Assembly (NCBI RefSeq): GCF_001194135.2
Contig: NC_068981.1
Location: forward strand, 166,122,073-166,186,072
Length of the DNA: 64,000 nt
Source of the DNA: Octopus bimaculoides
Taxonomy: Eukaryota
Reading direction: 5' to 3'
Part shown: positions 24,349 through 36,700 of the stretch, piece after piece
Position numbering within the stretch: the stretch's first letter is position 1
Layout of the letters: each line of letters begins with the position of its first letter
Notes under the pieces: generated by a model
What the model saw: the letters and a program-made list of their open reading frames with translations, nothing else
Databases searched by the model: none
What the model was told of the DNA's origin: nothing
Program-made: the position numbers and the translations under genes

Positions 24349-25069
24349 CTGAAAGAAAAATGCAGGTCCATTACCTGACAATAACTCAAAACCATGCAAC
24401 ATTATATAGTAGATTACACAAATTACAGTTTATGATGGTAACAGAGTTTACTAACCAAAAGATCAACATTTAATAACTTGCTAATGGTGCTATATATTTT
24501 GTCCAGGATTCAAAGCCTATAGCAACCAGTACCTCAGCCTATCAAGAAGTAAATAAATACAGCTGCTTATTGCAAGACTACCAAATAATGAACACTTCAG
24601 TAACTAGTAGTAATATAGTCAAGTTATTTCTCCATATTGATAAAGGAGATCTCAAAACTACTTCAGCATAAACTTTATAAGCAACAGTCACCAGAAAATT
24701 TCCCCATGAAATCTTGTAGCAGCTCTGCTACATGCAAAGAGACAAGATTGTTATATTCTTATGGATAAACAAATACACTACAACAGTGTATTAATACAAT
24801 CGAAACAAACAGCAGTAATCGCATGGAACAATCTTTTAAGAACCAAAATTCCAACACACTAATTCGAACTGTAAACTAGCACAATAATTTTATTAAAACC
24901 ACAGGGGTTAAAGAGGGGACAATACATGGGACAAATAGGGGTCAGGAACTTGTTGGATAAGATTACAATATAGTGAATAAAAACATTATTGCAGATGAAA
25001 ATGTAAGAATGAATGAACACGAAATGAGTTTGACCCCACCAACCACATTGTTCACTTCGTCCCCCACTT

Positions 25070-25510
25070 AATTAGGCATTTACATACCCAACAGTCAGAC
25101 TACTTTCTTCCATTTTTTCGTACTTTTTGATGTCAGGCATTTCTTCTCGAGACATGCTTTCCCTTAGGTGATATAAAAAGAGGTTAACCAAAGTACACCC
25201 GGAGATGAAGGTGCTTGATGCAATACCTCTTCCATGCACCTTCCATATCACCTCTTTCACTATAGCTATTATGGCTAGAGAGCAGAATTTCTCTTCTCCT
25301 TTTAGAGAAGATGGCAGAATGATCTTAATAATCAACTCTGCCAACAGCTGGACTCTACCCAGCTGTGGCAATACCTGTTAGGTAGAAACCCACAGGTCCA
25401 AAAGACTCGGATACTGCACAATTGCATACAGACCAGTTTTGTTGCTCTGCCCAAAACATGGGCATGTAGGCAAATCCATGACTCCATGCCTCACGAGTTT
25501 ATCCTGAACT
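25070..25510 (-). mobile_element. Decayed 3' fragment of an L1/Tx1-clade LINE
   Basis: ORF pieces DKLVRHG...TCPCFGQSNKT...LWV and AIVKEVIWKVHGRGIASSTFISG...FLYHLR resemble the zinc-knuckle/C-terminal region of Tx1-like ORF2 (from recall). Confidence 0.55.
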
Positions 25511-25668
25511 GACAAGATTTTATGAAATCCAAATTTTTGGAACCCATGTTTTTTGAAAACCAAATTCTGTGAGGCCAATTTTGGTGGAACCAAAATTTGT
25601 GAATCCATAGTTATGAATCCAAGTTTGTGAAATCAAGTTGAAGCTGGGTTTCTGAGTCTGAATTTCTG

Positions 25669-25711
<43 letters not shown>

Positions 25712-27952
25712 TATTACCTGTATAAATATTTTGACTGCATGTCTAGTGTAGCATTAATTTATTGTTGTTCGTGTATATATTTGTTTTGTATGTAGGCTGT
25801 ATTTTTATGCAGATAATTGTTAATATTTTACAAAAAACTTCATGGTGTGTTGTTGTTTTGGGTTCACCCTATCCTCATTGGTTGTGTAAATTCAGGTTAT
25901 GGCCACCAGGTTGTAACAATATATTAAAGTACTGGTGTCTTAACATGAATCTAAGTTTAGAAAAAAAAAAAAAGAAAAAGAAAGATTCTAGCTAGCAGAC
26001 TCAGTATAATAGGCTAATCAATAAATTAGCCAACAAGAGCCACTTCGTGGTCACTCAGACTGCAAAAAATAGAAACCAAATTTCCATCATAACACCGTAC
26101 ACGTTGAATAAGAGTGTAATCTTTACGCAAATTTCCCCAATCACATTGAATAAGAGTCGTTTTAGATATATTAGCCTGGTCATGGTTGAGATCCTTTTGA
26201 TTATAGTTCAGCTCAAGCAGATTTGAGCAAGAGTCAAATAGTGGTGCAATTTAATTAGCAAAAATGAATGTGTCTAAATGGTAAATTTAATATCTGTTGT
26301 CCATGCTGGCATGGGTTGGATGGTTTGACCGGGCTCTGCACCAGACTCCAGTCTGATTTGACATGGTTTTCTACAGCTGGATGCCCTTCCTAATGCCAAT
26401 CATCCCAGAGTCTAATGGGTACTTTTACATGCCAGTTTGCATGACACCAGTATCTGCCACAACTGTGATTTTGCTCAGCTTGATGGGTCTTCTTCTCAAG
26501 CACAACAATGCCAAAAGTCTGGGTCATTACCTCTGTGAGGCCCAACACTCGACAGGAACTCAGCCACTTCGCCTCCATGAGGCCCTTGCCACTATCACCA
26601 TCTACTACTTTGTTTTGCTTAGTTTTTCTGCTCGTGTGGTATTCTTGTCAGTGTTTCTCCAGCCCCTCAAAGTTGTTCCCCTTTATATACTCCTCGCTCC
26701 CATCAGGAGAGAGTGCACGACATGTGCACCAACACACACGTACGAGTGAGAATCAGTAGTTCCAACCTTTTCACTAGCAAGGATCCCTATTTACTTAAAA
26801 CAGCTTCCCCACAAGTCCTATGGGTTTGTCTACTCGACAAACCTAGCATTATCTTAGGCCACCAGATACAGACTCTAACTTAGGAGTATATATTATAGCC
26901 ATATAATGCAATAATTAAGAACAACGCAACGCTTTCTCTATACTCAAAATTGACATTTGCTGACACCAATCTATACAATAACCCAGTTATCTTACTTTTG
27001 ACATAAAGAGCATTAAACACCTAACACAGTCAGTAAGAAAAGTTAGGTGGAAGTGTGGCTTTATCAAGCTTTAGACAAAATCATTTGCCTTCCTACTTGC
27101 CAAGCAAGTTCGTGACAATGGTACGGATGTCAGATCACTGGTGAAAGGCTCCACCCTCTTTATTTTTAATATATATATTTTTTTTAAATATTCTAAATTG
27201 ATAAAAGAGAGTACTCTCCCTTGCCTATAGGCTTAACGGTTTACTTTTATAATTGTTCATTTGAACATATCGCATTCTCGAACGGTTGAATATATTTACA
27301 GGCTTTGCAATTTTATAAACAAATTGGTTTCAAATTGAAATAAACTTATGAACTTTCAGAGACTGGAGAAAGAGGAGTTTTAAATTTTGGCACAAGGCCA
27401 GCAATTTTAAGGAGGACGGGGTGAATTGATAACATCGACCTCAGTGTTCAAATGCTACTTTATTTTAACGAACCCGAAAGGGTTAAAGAGTAAAGTTGGC
27501 CTCGGCAGAATCTGAACCCAGAACATAAAGAGCAGGCTGTTGTGACAGAGAATTTGAAGTAATTAAGAGGAACACAATTTTTAAGATATTAGATAACTAT
27601 TCCCCAGTAAAAGCAAGAGATTTAACTAAGCCATCATAAAGGAAGGTTTCCAGCAAATAATCAAAGCAATGCTTACGAAAAAATTACTCTATGAAGTTAG
27701 AGTATACAAGAAATTCTAAAATATTACATAAACTATCCAACTACAAATCACAAAATCCCAGTTAGTATTCAACGCCCAAAAGAAACTAAAACCTAGGTTT
27801 TGTATGCGCTTTCTCGTTTCCAGTGCCCTGTGAAAGTTTATCTTGTTAAAAGCAGGTGTTTTTTCGGGCAGATAGTATTATTCAGTTATTACAAATGGCA
27901 AATGTATCTAATTTCTTCAGACAATCGTTTAAACATATCTATCTAGTGAGTC

Positions 27953-27963
27953 TTTGGCGCAAA
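27953..27963 (+). promoter_or_regulatory. E2F-consensus site TTTGGCGC(AAA), in the region 5' of the first visible ASPM coding exon
   Basis: Exact match to TTTSSCGC in a locally CpG-richer region; CHR-like TTTGAA on the minus strand at 28487-28482. Motif match only. Confidence 0.3.
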
Positions 27964-30900
27964 CTTATTCTCTAATACTTCAGTGCGAAGAGAAAATGAA
28001 ACTAAGGAATGAGTCTCCCCCGTAGGTAGTAACTCCAGTTGTATACAATACAGGCGAAATATTATAAAACGACATGTATATGTTTCACTATTTCAGTAAA
28101 ACCGAAATAGTTTTGCGACAAAGCAAACTCGCTTTTTATGCTGCACTGGGGAGATAGAATTAATTTGCTTCTTGCAAGATGTTACATGAACATGACTACT
28201 GATAACTAATCAACGAACTTTATTAATGTTTTTAGGCTGTTTCGTTAGAGACAAAAACACCAGGAACTTTCGCTAAAACTCAAGAAGTGGAGTAGACAGA
28301 GACAAAAACACAGGGACCTTTCGCTTACTGCACAGGGCTACAGTTATAGTTTACTTGAGCAAACAATTGGGGGGGAAAAAAAAAAAAGTCGGAAATAGGT
28401 GGTGTGAAGGCACTTTACCTTCGCTCGATAAACCTATTTCATTTTCAGTACTCGCAAAATCTGTCCGGCCTTGCAAAGAATTTCAAAATAAATTAAATTT
28501 TAGCAATTTATTTTAATTCAGTATTCTTCCTCGTAGAAGATATGTAGTAGAAGACTGGTTAAATGGGTAGGGGTGGATGGTGACCAACGAGCAAGCCAGG
28601 TAATAATTAAGGCGGGGTACANNNNNNNNNNNNNNNNNNNNNNNNNNNNNNNNNNNNNNNNNNNNNNNNNNNNNNNNNNNNNNNNNNNNNNNNNNNNNNN
28701 NNNNNNNNNNNNNNNNNNNNNNNNNNNNNNNNNNNNNNNNNNNNNNNNNNNNNNNNNNNNNNNNNNNNNNNNNNNNNNNNNNNNNNNNNNNNNNNNNNNN
28801 NNNNNNNNNNNNNNNNNNNNNNNNNNNNNNNNNNNNNNNNNNNNNNNNNNNNNNNNNNNNNNNNNNNNNNNNNNNNNNNNNNNNNNNNNNNNNNNNNNNN
28901 NNNNNNNNNNNNNNNNNNNNNNNNNNNNNNNNNNNNNNNNNNNNNNNNNNNNNNNNNNNNNNNNNNNNNNNNNNNNNNNNNNNNNNNNNNNNNNNNNNNN
29001 NNNNNNNNNNNNNNNNNNNNNNNNNNNNNNNNNNNNNNNNNNNNNNNNNNNNNNNNNNNNNNNNNNNNNNNNNNNNNNNNNNNNNNNNNNNNNNNNNNNN
29101 NNNNNNNNNNNNNNNNNNNNNNNNNNNNNNNNNNNNNNNNNNNNNNNNNNNNNNNNNNNNNNNNNNNNNNNNNNNNNNNNNNNNNNNNNNNNNNNNNNNN
29201 NNNNNNNNNNNNNNNNNNNNNNNNNNNNNNNNNNNNNNNNNNNNNNNNNNNNNNNNNNNNNNNNNNNNNNNNNNNNNNNNNNNNNNNNNNNNNNNNNNNN
29301 NNNNNNNNNNNNNNNNNNNNNNNNNNNNNNNNNNNNNNNNNNNNNNNNNNNNNNNNNNNNNNNNNNNNNNNNNNNNNNNNNNNNNNNNNNNNNNNNNNNN
29401 NNNNNNNNNNNNNNNNNNNNNNNNNNNNNNNNNNNNNNNNNNNNNNNNNNNNNNNNNNNNNNNNNNNNNNNNNNNNNNNNNNNNNNNNNNNNNNNNNNNN
29501 NNNNNNNNNNNNNNNNNNNNNNNATGATTTTTTTTTTTTTTTTGTTATGTATAACAATCACTACTCATTAACAAGGAAAATAAAATTGACACGCACTAAA
29601 ATTAATCCAAAGTAATTACGACGAGAATAATACTGTATTACTAGGAACAATACTATGCAAGAATGTTTTGCGTAGGAGCATGCTAAATTTATATTTGTTG
29701 CCGTTTGAATAACAATTTTCAAATTACCGCCACAGTAACCAATCAGAAAGAGGCATAGCTTTAAAAACCTGGATTGTTCCAAATGAATTATATTAATCCA
29801 TCGAAATGAAAATATTCTTTATATATATTTTTTTCTGGTAAAACATAAATTGGTATCCATAATATAAGGAATTTATTAGAAATAAATATTCAAATATTTA
29901 ATCATTTAGTATTTTTAAAGCTGAAAAGTGATTAATATATTTTGGATAAATAAATATTAAACAACGAAAATGACCGTTGACTGTAACTGAAATTTCCTGT
30001 TTTTGAACTACTTATATTTTGAAAATATAAACAAACCGAATTTAAGTCATCTGCATTAAAGATAAATTAACATTTATTTAGGAAGCAAAACAAAGAGACT
30101 CGTCAGTAGCTACTGATCACTAACGAACATATTTTAATTGTTTATTTACTGAAAATTTTTTTAATTTATTCTTCATTTTATTTGAGATGTTTTAGTAGGC
30201 AAATAAACAAATCTTTTTTCTTTTTTTACGGTTATTTTGTATCTTGTTTTGATTCCACCTTACGTCGAGATCGAATTAGGCTTTTGTATATGCGGGTATG
30301 AAAATACTCTCAATTATTCAGTTAACTATGCTTCTAACACTACAAAAGCTGGAAACTAGAATAATGTGTCAGTCCAGTAAGGACCCTGCTCGAAACAGAA
30401 TTTGCTTCTCATGACACACGAACTAATTTTGATTTCATTTATAAATATATATCTTGTGTCTTGTGAAAAGAAACATTTAATAATCTATCCGTTTAATTGC
30501 TACCAGGACTTATTCATGCATACAAAGTATAGTACACAAGGGTTTGCCAAACGTGTGATGCATCTTATAGTACTGGGTAACAAAATATGATATAATTACA
30601 GTTTGGTGTCTCTTTCCCTTATTTCTTCATAACTTTCTTAATTATGTATATTTTCTCATTCTTTCGGGGTCGATAAATTAAGTACCAGTTGCGCACTGAG
30701 CTTGATCTAATCGACTGGCCCCTGCCCCAAAAATTTCGGGCCTTGTGCCTAGAGTAGAAAAGAATTATGTATATTTTCTTAAGAAATGTTTTTGAAGGTG
30801 TAGATTTATTCAGAATGAAAAGAATATTATTCAGAATATTTTAAATTTTTATTTTAATAGACTAAACGAATTTTTTCCCCCTTATGTCTATCAATTTTAT

Positions 30901-31739
30901 GCTGAAAATGAATAGACGGGTAAGGATCATGGGCAAGTTATGAAACAGAAAGTTATGAATTTCTTTCTGATTAAAAATTAAATAAATTTTATTAAGATTA
31001 TCGTTATCTGCACATTCGGAAACAAAGTATGAAGAATCATATTCCATTTACAGCAAGTCATAGGAAGGAGAGATGTCAGCCAAGAAGTTGAAAAATATTT
31101 CATTACTTCTAGGGGAACGTTTGTGTCACCAACCAAAGACTACATATCAGTGCAGTTGCATCTGATCACGGAGTATGTGTTGAATTCTATCGCAAAAGTA
31201 GTAGTTGATATGACACCGCTGTCATTTGCCCAGTATGAATACTATAGATTACAAATGAGTTATGCAATCTTTGAAGGTTTGGCAATGCATATAAATTCTA
31301 AGACTTTCTTTATAAAACCAGCATTTATTCAGTGTTATTGAACTATACATAAGATGAAGTAACCAAATGTATAAACAAACTCTCGTGTTTTGTCTTACTT
31401 CCTACATGTATCCTGTGATATACACAACTGTAGAAGCCAACCGAATGAGACTCAAGATTATAATACAAATCCTTTTCATAGTTTGTTTCTCTGAATATAC
31501 AGAAATACAAATGGATGGTCTTTTGTTATTCGATTAAAATCTGTATCACAATATACAATTGCACGAGTTTGAGGACACAGAAACAAACTCCAAAGAAAGT
31601 ATATTAAACAAAGGATTACATATAGTTTAAGAAGAGCTAAGACAAAAATTTAAAACAGCACCAGTTAAAAATAAAATAATTAGATATTAAAGAATATAGC
31701 AATAACAAAAGAACAGGCTCTTCAGAAACAATGAAAAGA

Positions 31740-32080
31740 AATTTTACCAACACGTGAACATTGAAGATAAATATCAACAGTGACGTGCCAAATGCTGAAG
31801 CAGTAAGGCACTTTTACTCACATATCTGCAAGATGACACTTGTTCCTCTGGTAATTGGTGCACTTAGCATAATGCACGAAATGCTGCCCAAGAAGCTGAA
31901 GTATAATGGAAATGAGACTCATGTTGACTTGCAGGAAAGTGCAGTTCTGTATTCTGCAAAAATCCTGAGAAAGGTTTTTGAGATTTGAGGAGACTTGTCA
32001 TCACCAAACCTTGAAAAAATATACCTACTGACTAGTAAGCATGTTCTACTTTTAATTATAATGCAAACGATAATAATAAT
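31740..32080 (+). mobile_element. 3' end of an R4/Dong-like (RLE) non-LTR retrotransposon
   Basis: LVPLVIGALS...VDLQESAVLYSAKILRKVFEI* resembles the RLE-element C-terminus; followed by a short TAA-rich tail. Confidence 0.6.
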
Positions 32081-32469
32081 GATCATCATCATTTAACATC
32101 TATATTCCATGCTGGTATGGGTTAGACAGTTTGAAAGATTCTATGCTTTGATAGGGATTTTATGGCTGGATGCCCTTCCTAATACCAACCACTTTACAGC
32201 ATGGACAAGCTGCTTTCTTCGTAGCACCTACACTACTGAGGTCACCAAAAATTACACAAAATCTACTTATAATTATAAGTATATCTTGACTTTAAAATCA
32301 CATCCGAGTAAAATATACTGAGATCTAACAAGATAGGAACATGGCCATTGTTTTCATTACTTGCTTTTAAAGACAAGATGAACTCCAAACTGCATTGTGT
32401 TTATTTTGCAAAAATTTGGATTATTGGAGTTATCTCTGTTGCTCATGGAATTTCTTTTTAGATTTTAAA

Positions 32470-32880
32470 CGGAGTGGCTGTGTGGTAAGTAGCTTGCTCA
32501 CCAACCACATGGTTCTGGGTTCAGTCCCACTGCATGACACCTTGGGCAAGTGTCTTCTACTATAGCCTCAGGCCGACCAAAGCCTTGTGAGTGGATTTGG
32601 TAGATGGAAACTGAAAGAAGCCCGTCGCATATACGTATATATATGTATGTGTGTGTGTGTGTGTATGTTTGTGTGTCTGTGTTTGTCCCCCAACCCAACA
32701 TCGCTTGACAACCGATGCTGGTGTGTTTACAGCCCTGTAACTTAGCAGTTCGGCAAAAGAGACCAATAGAATAAGTACTAGGCTTACAAAGAATAAGTCC
32801 TGGGGTCGATTTGCTCGACTAAGGGCGGTGCTCCAGCCTGGTCACAGTCAAATGACTGAAACAAGTAAAAGAGTAAAGAG
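32470..32880 (+). mobile_element. tRNA-derived SINE with a CORE-like segment and internal microsatellite (best copy of family B)
   Basis: Head GGAGTGGCTGTGTGGTAAG...GGTTCTGGGTTCAGTCCC, then CACCTTGGGCAAGTGTC, (TG)n, tail AAGTAAAAGAG. Approximate related copies: 11555-11910, 12428-12770, 15165-15315, 16500-16710 (-), 21970-22380, 22705-23037, 34780-34945, 49860-49930, 51000-51340 (-), 58040-58320. Confidence 0.85.
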
Positions 32881-33459
32881 TATTCCTAGAGGGAGTTTTT
32901 GTTACTGATTTCAAGGACAATAATTGAAGTTTTTCATCTCATTACATTACATTTATAAGACTTTACTGTGTATGAAGTTAGTATGCAAAACACTCCTTTA
33001 GTGTACTTCTTTAGACTCTATTGCCAATATATATTTCCATTTTATTGATCACCAAAACACAGAAGATTAATTGGTAGACACATGTACTATTTATTGCATT
33101 CCTTGAAATTATCAAAGAGATTCTTAACAAACTGTTAATTAGGTAAATACATATTTAATGTTTCAAACAGTTGGAGATCAATAAATGATCACATACCTGT
33201 GAGTTTTTGCACAATCCATCTGCTAATTATGAACAATGTTGTTATGTAATTCTGAGCTTCCTGAAACAGCTGTCGAGTTGAAATATTATGCATTCTCTCC
33301 TTAGTATTCTATATTTTTTATGTAAATTTATGTATCCATATATAGATATATAAATGTCTATATGCTTGTACATATGTGTTTATCTTCTTAATATAGCTAG
33401 TTATATGTATCCCTAAATGTCTTTGTATACACCTAAGTGAAATCGTGATGGTACCTGTG

Positions 33460-33795
33460 CCCAGCGTCGCCATCCTGGCATGTGTAAAGACATTCGAGCG
33501 AGATCGTTGCCAGTGCCGCTGGACTGGCTCCTGTGCAGGTGGCACGTAAAATACACCATTTTGAGCCTGGCCGTTGCCAGTGCCACCTGACTGGCCTTCG
33601 TGCCAGTGGCATGTAAAAGCACCCACTACACTCTCGGAGTAGTTGGCATTAGGAAAGGCATCCAGCTGTAGAAACTCTGCCAAATCAGATTGGAGCCTGG
33701 TGTAGCCATCTGGTTCACCAGTCCTCAGTCAAATCGTCCAACCCATGCTAGCATGGAAAGCGGACGTTAAACGATGATAATGATGATGATGATAT
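33460..33795 (+). mobile_element. Family A short retroposon / LINE 3' end with (GAT)n tail
   Basis: GGAAGGGCATCCAGCTGTAGAAAC...CCAACCCATGCTAGCATGGAAAGCGGACGTTAAACGATGATG. Approximate copies: 920-1050 (-), 1480-1665, 13450-13640 (-), 14230-14370 (-), 14990-15145, 16980-17130, 18320-18470 (-), 26290-26600 (-), 32090-32230 (-), 34150-34300, 44200-44400 (-), 47740-48180, 63745-64000 (-). Confidence 0.85.
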
Positions 33796-36700
33796 GAGTA
33801 TCTATGTGTATATATTTATATATATATTAAGACTAACCATGTTTATCTGCCTTCCTATCTACACAAACACATACACATCATATGTATGTATGTATGTATG
33901 TTTCATGATTATATTTTTCCAAATTGTAGACTACTTTGATCCTAACTGAAACACTGACAAGAGGCCTTTTGGCTAAGGAGAACGTGTAGTTTTTAAATGT
34001 TTACAATTTATCTAAGTTTGTGTTAGAGCAAAATTATCGACCATGTCCCAAAATTTATGGTCTTACTTTACAATTTCTGTAAGCGCAAAGTCCCATAACC
34101 TGAGGTAGGTGAGTTTTTTAATTTATCTCATCAGTGCTGGCACCAGCACCCAATACACTTTGTTAGGTGGTCAGCATTAGGAAGGGCTTCCAGCCATAAA
34201 AGGCCATGCCAAAGCAAACAAAAGTTCTCTGGTTAGTGTGCTCCTGTCACACTGTCCAACCTATCCCAGCATAGAAAACAGAAATTAAACATCATGATGA
34301 TGATGGTGATATATTCCAGGGGTGACAAATTTGTTGAAACAAAATGTATTTTGTTGGACTAACAATTATGGATTAAATAATGTGTGTGTGTGTGTGTGTG
34401 CGTGTGTGCGTGCGTGCGTGTGTGCGCGCGTGCGCGTATATGCTCTCATTTTGCCATGACATGCTCTCATTTTGCCATGACTTACAACAAGTAGAATTGT
34501 GCTGCTGTGGCTGTATGTACAAAAGTCAAACATAGTAAATTTGTATATGAATGCTACAAAAATTAGCGTGAAAAGGGGAAAAATAAATAAAAACAGGGGA
34601 AAACCCGTTTTCCATTTGTGTTTTATGGAAAACCCGTTTTCCATTTGTGTTTTATGGAAAACATTATTTCTATAATTGACAGAATTTCTGGTCAAGGGGG
34701 GTAACTCTTCAAGTGACAATCGACTTCTTTTTTTTTTTCTTACATTCCCCTTCGTTTGTATATATCTATGTGCGTGCATGTCGTAAGTCTGCTTCCCAGC
34801 CACATGGTTTCTCTTTCACTTCCATTGCGTTGGATCTTGAACAAGTCTCTTCTGTTATAGCCTCGGACCAACCAAAGCTTTGTGAGTGAAATTGGTAAAT
34901 GAAAAATGAAACAAGCCAATTGCATGTGTGTGTGTGTATGTGTGTGAGGGAAGGATTTTGGGATTTTGTTAGTTTGTTAGTGTAACAAAAAATCATGATG
35001 ACATAGATATATGCTCATCAAACAGTGTGCCACTCCTCTCACAAAACCCCATTGCGCATATTCCATGCTCTTTAAACAATTGTATCAATGAAGTTGTAAC
35101 TTGTTAAGGAGAAGGCTTGTTTTATGTATATGAACATAATTTATTGCTACAACCCATACCAGTATGGAAAGCGGACATTAAATGATGATGATGATTAATA
35201 CAGAAAATGTTAATGCAATACAAGAGTAAAGAATATTCAGATGAAACAACATATAGGACAAAAGCAGAAAGTCTTTGTTTGAAATTCAACATTCAGGCTA
35301 ATTTTTACTCATCAATATATAGTCTTGTGGCCATGGCATGTTTTTTTTCTTCTGTTGTGCCAGGTTGAATATTTAGCTGTGCAAACAGCGATATGTTGAG
35401 AGTAAATGCCACCAAAGACCAGAATCACTGTGAGGTTTCCATGCTCAAATGAGCTGTATTTGTAGGTTCTCTTCACAGAAGATTCTAGTGATGCCACCAG
35501 GCTATCACATGAACAACAACCATTAACTGGGTCAAAATTAAGTTTGTGCACATGATCAACTTGTAGATTCTATATGGGATTGAACCCAACTGCTGTAAAC
35601 ACTAAAAGCTATGCTACCATATTTACTAAACCTCAAGTAAAAGAAAAGAAACAAAAACCTGTAGGCAATTACATAGTAATTGATTGATATTTTATTTTAT
35701 TGATCTCAGTAGGATGAAAGGCAAAGTTTACTTTGGCAATAATTGAGTTTGGAGCATAAAGGGTGGGAACAAACACCACAATGCATTTTTCCAACCCTCT
35801 AATGATTCTGCTAATCCACATCATCATCATCAACACCATGAGGAGAAGAAGAAGAAGAAGAAGAAGAAGAAGAAGAAGAAGAAGAATCTTGTCTACAATA
35901 AGCACAAGGCCTGAAATTGGTTGGGGGAGCCCCCAGTACTCAATAGGTGCTTGTTTTATTGACCCTTGAAAGATGAAAAGTAAAGTTGGCAAAATTTGAA
36001 CACAGTGCATCAGAAAAAAAAATATGAGTGGTATCTGTAATTTTAGCATGAGGCCAAGAATTTTGAGGGAGGAGGAAGTTGATAGCATCGACTCCAGTGC
36101 TCAGCTGGTACTTATTTTATCAGCCCCAAAAGGATGAAAGGCAAGGTTGACCTTGGCAGAATTTGAACTCAGAATATAAAGCCAGAAATGCTGCTAAGTA
36201 ATTTGTCTGGCATGCTAACAACTCTGCTACCTTGCTGCCTTAATGGTAATAATAATAATAATCCTTTCTGCTATAAATACAGAGTCTGAAGTTTTGGAAG
36301 AAGAGGGTAGTCGATTACATCAACCCAGTACTCAACTGGTACTCATTTTATCAACCCTTGAGCAAAAGAAAGGTAAAGTGGACCTTGATGGAATTTCAAC
36401 TCAGAACGTAAAGCTGGAAGAAATACTGCCAAACATTTTGTCCAGTGTGCTAATGATTGTGCCAGCTCACCATCTTAATGATGCTGAAGATGATGACAAT
36501 GACGATGACGACAATGATAACAACAACAATGACGATGGCATTATATATTATAAGGCAAAAAAAAAAATGTAATTGAAAACCAAGGAGATTTAATTTGTGA
36601 AAGGTGTCCAGTTAAACATAAAAATGCTGGAAGACATGTCAAATAGAGAGGTAAAAGAAGGAAAGAGTGTACATAATACACACACACACACACACATACA

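Noticed and set aside
33197-33260. Minus-strand 64-bp segment with good AG/GT sites (EAQNYITTLFIISRWIVQKLT)
   Set aside because: No recognisable homology, no partner exons, and its end phase does not fit the ASPM exon at 24348. It could still be a UTR or non-coding exon.
34440-34665. Short tandem duplications (21 bp x2 at ~34441; 29 bp x2 at ~34607) and a ~40-bp direct repeat at 18489/18595
   Set aside because: Ordinary local slippage duplications with no further structure.
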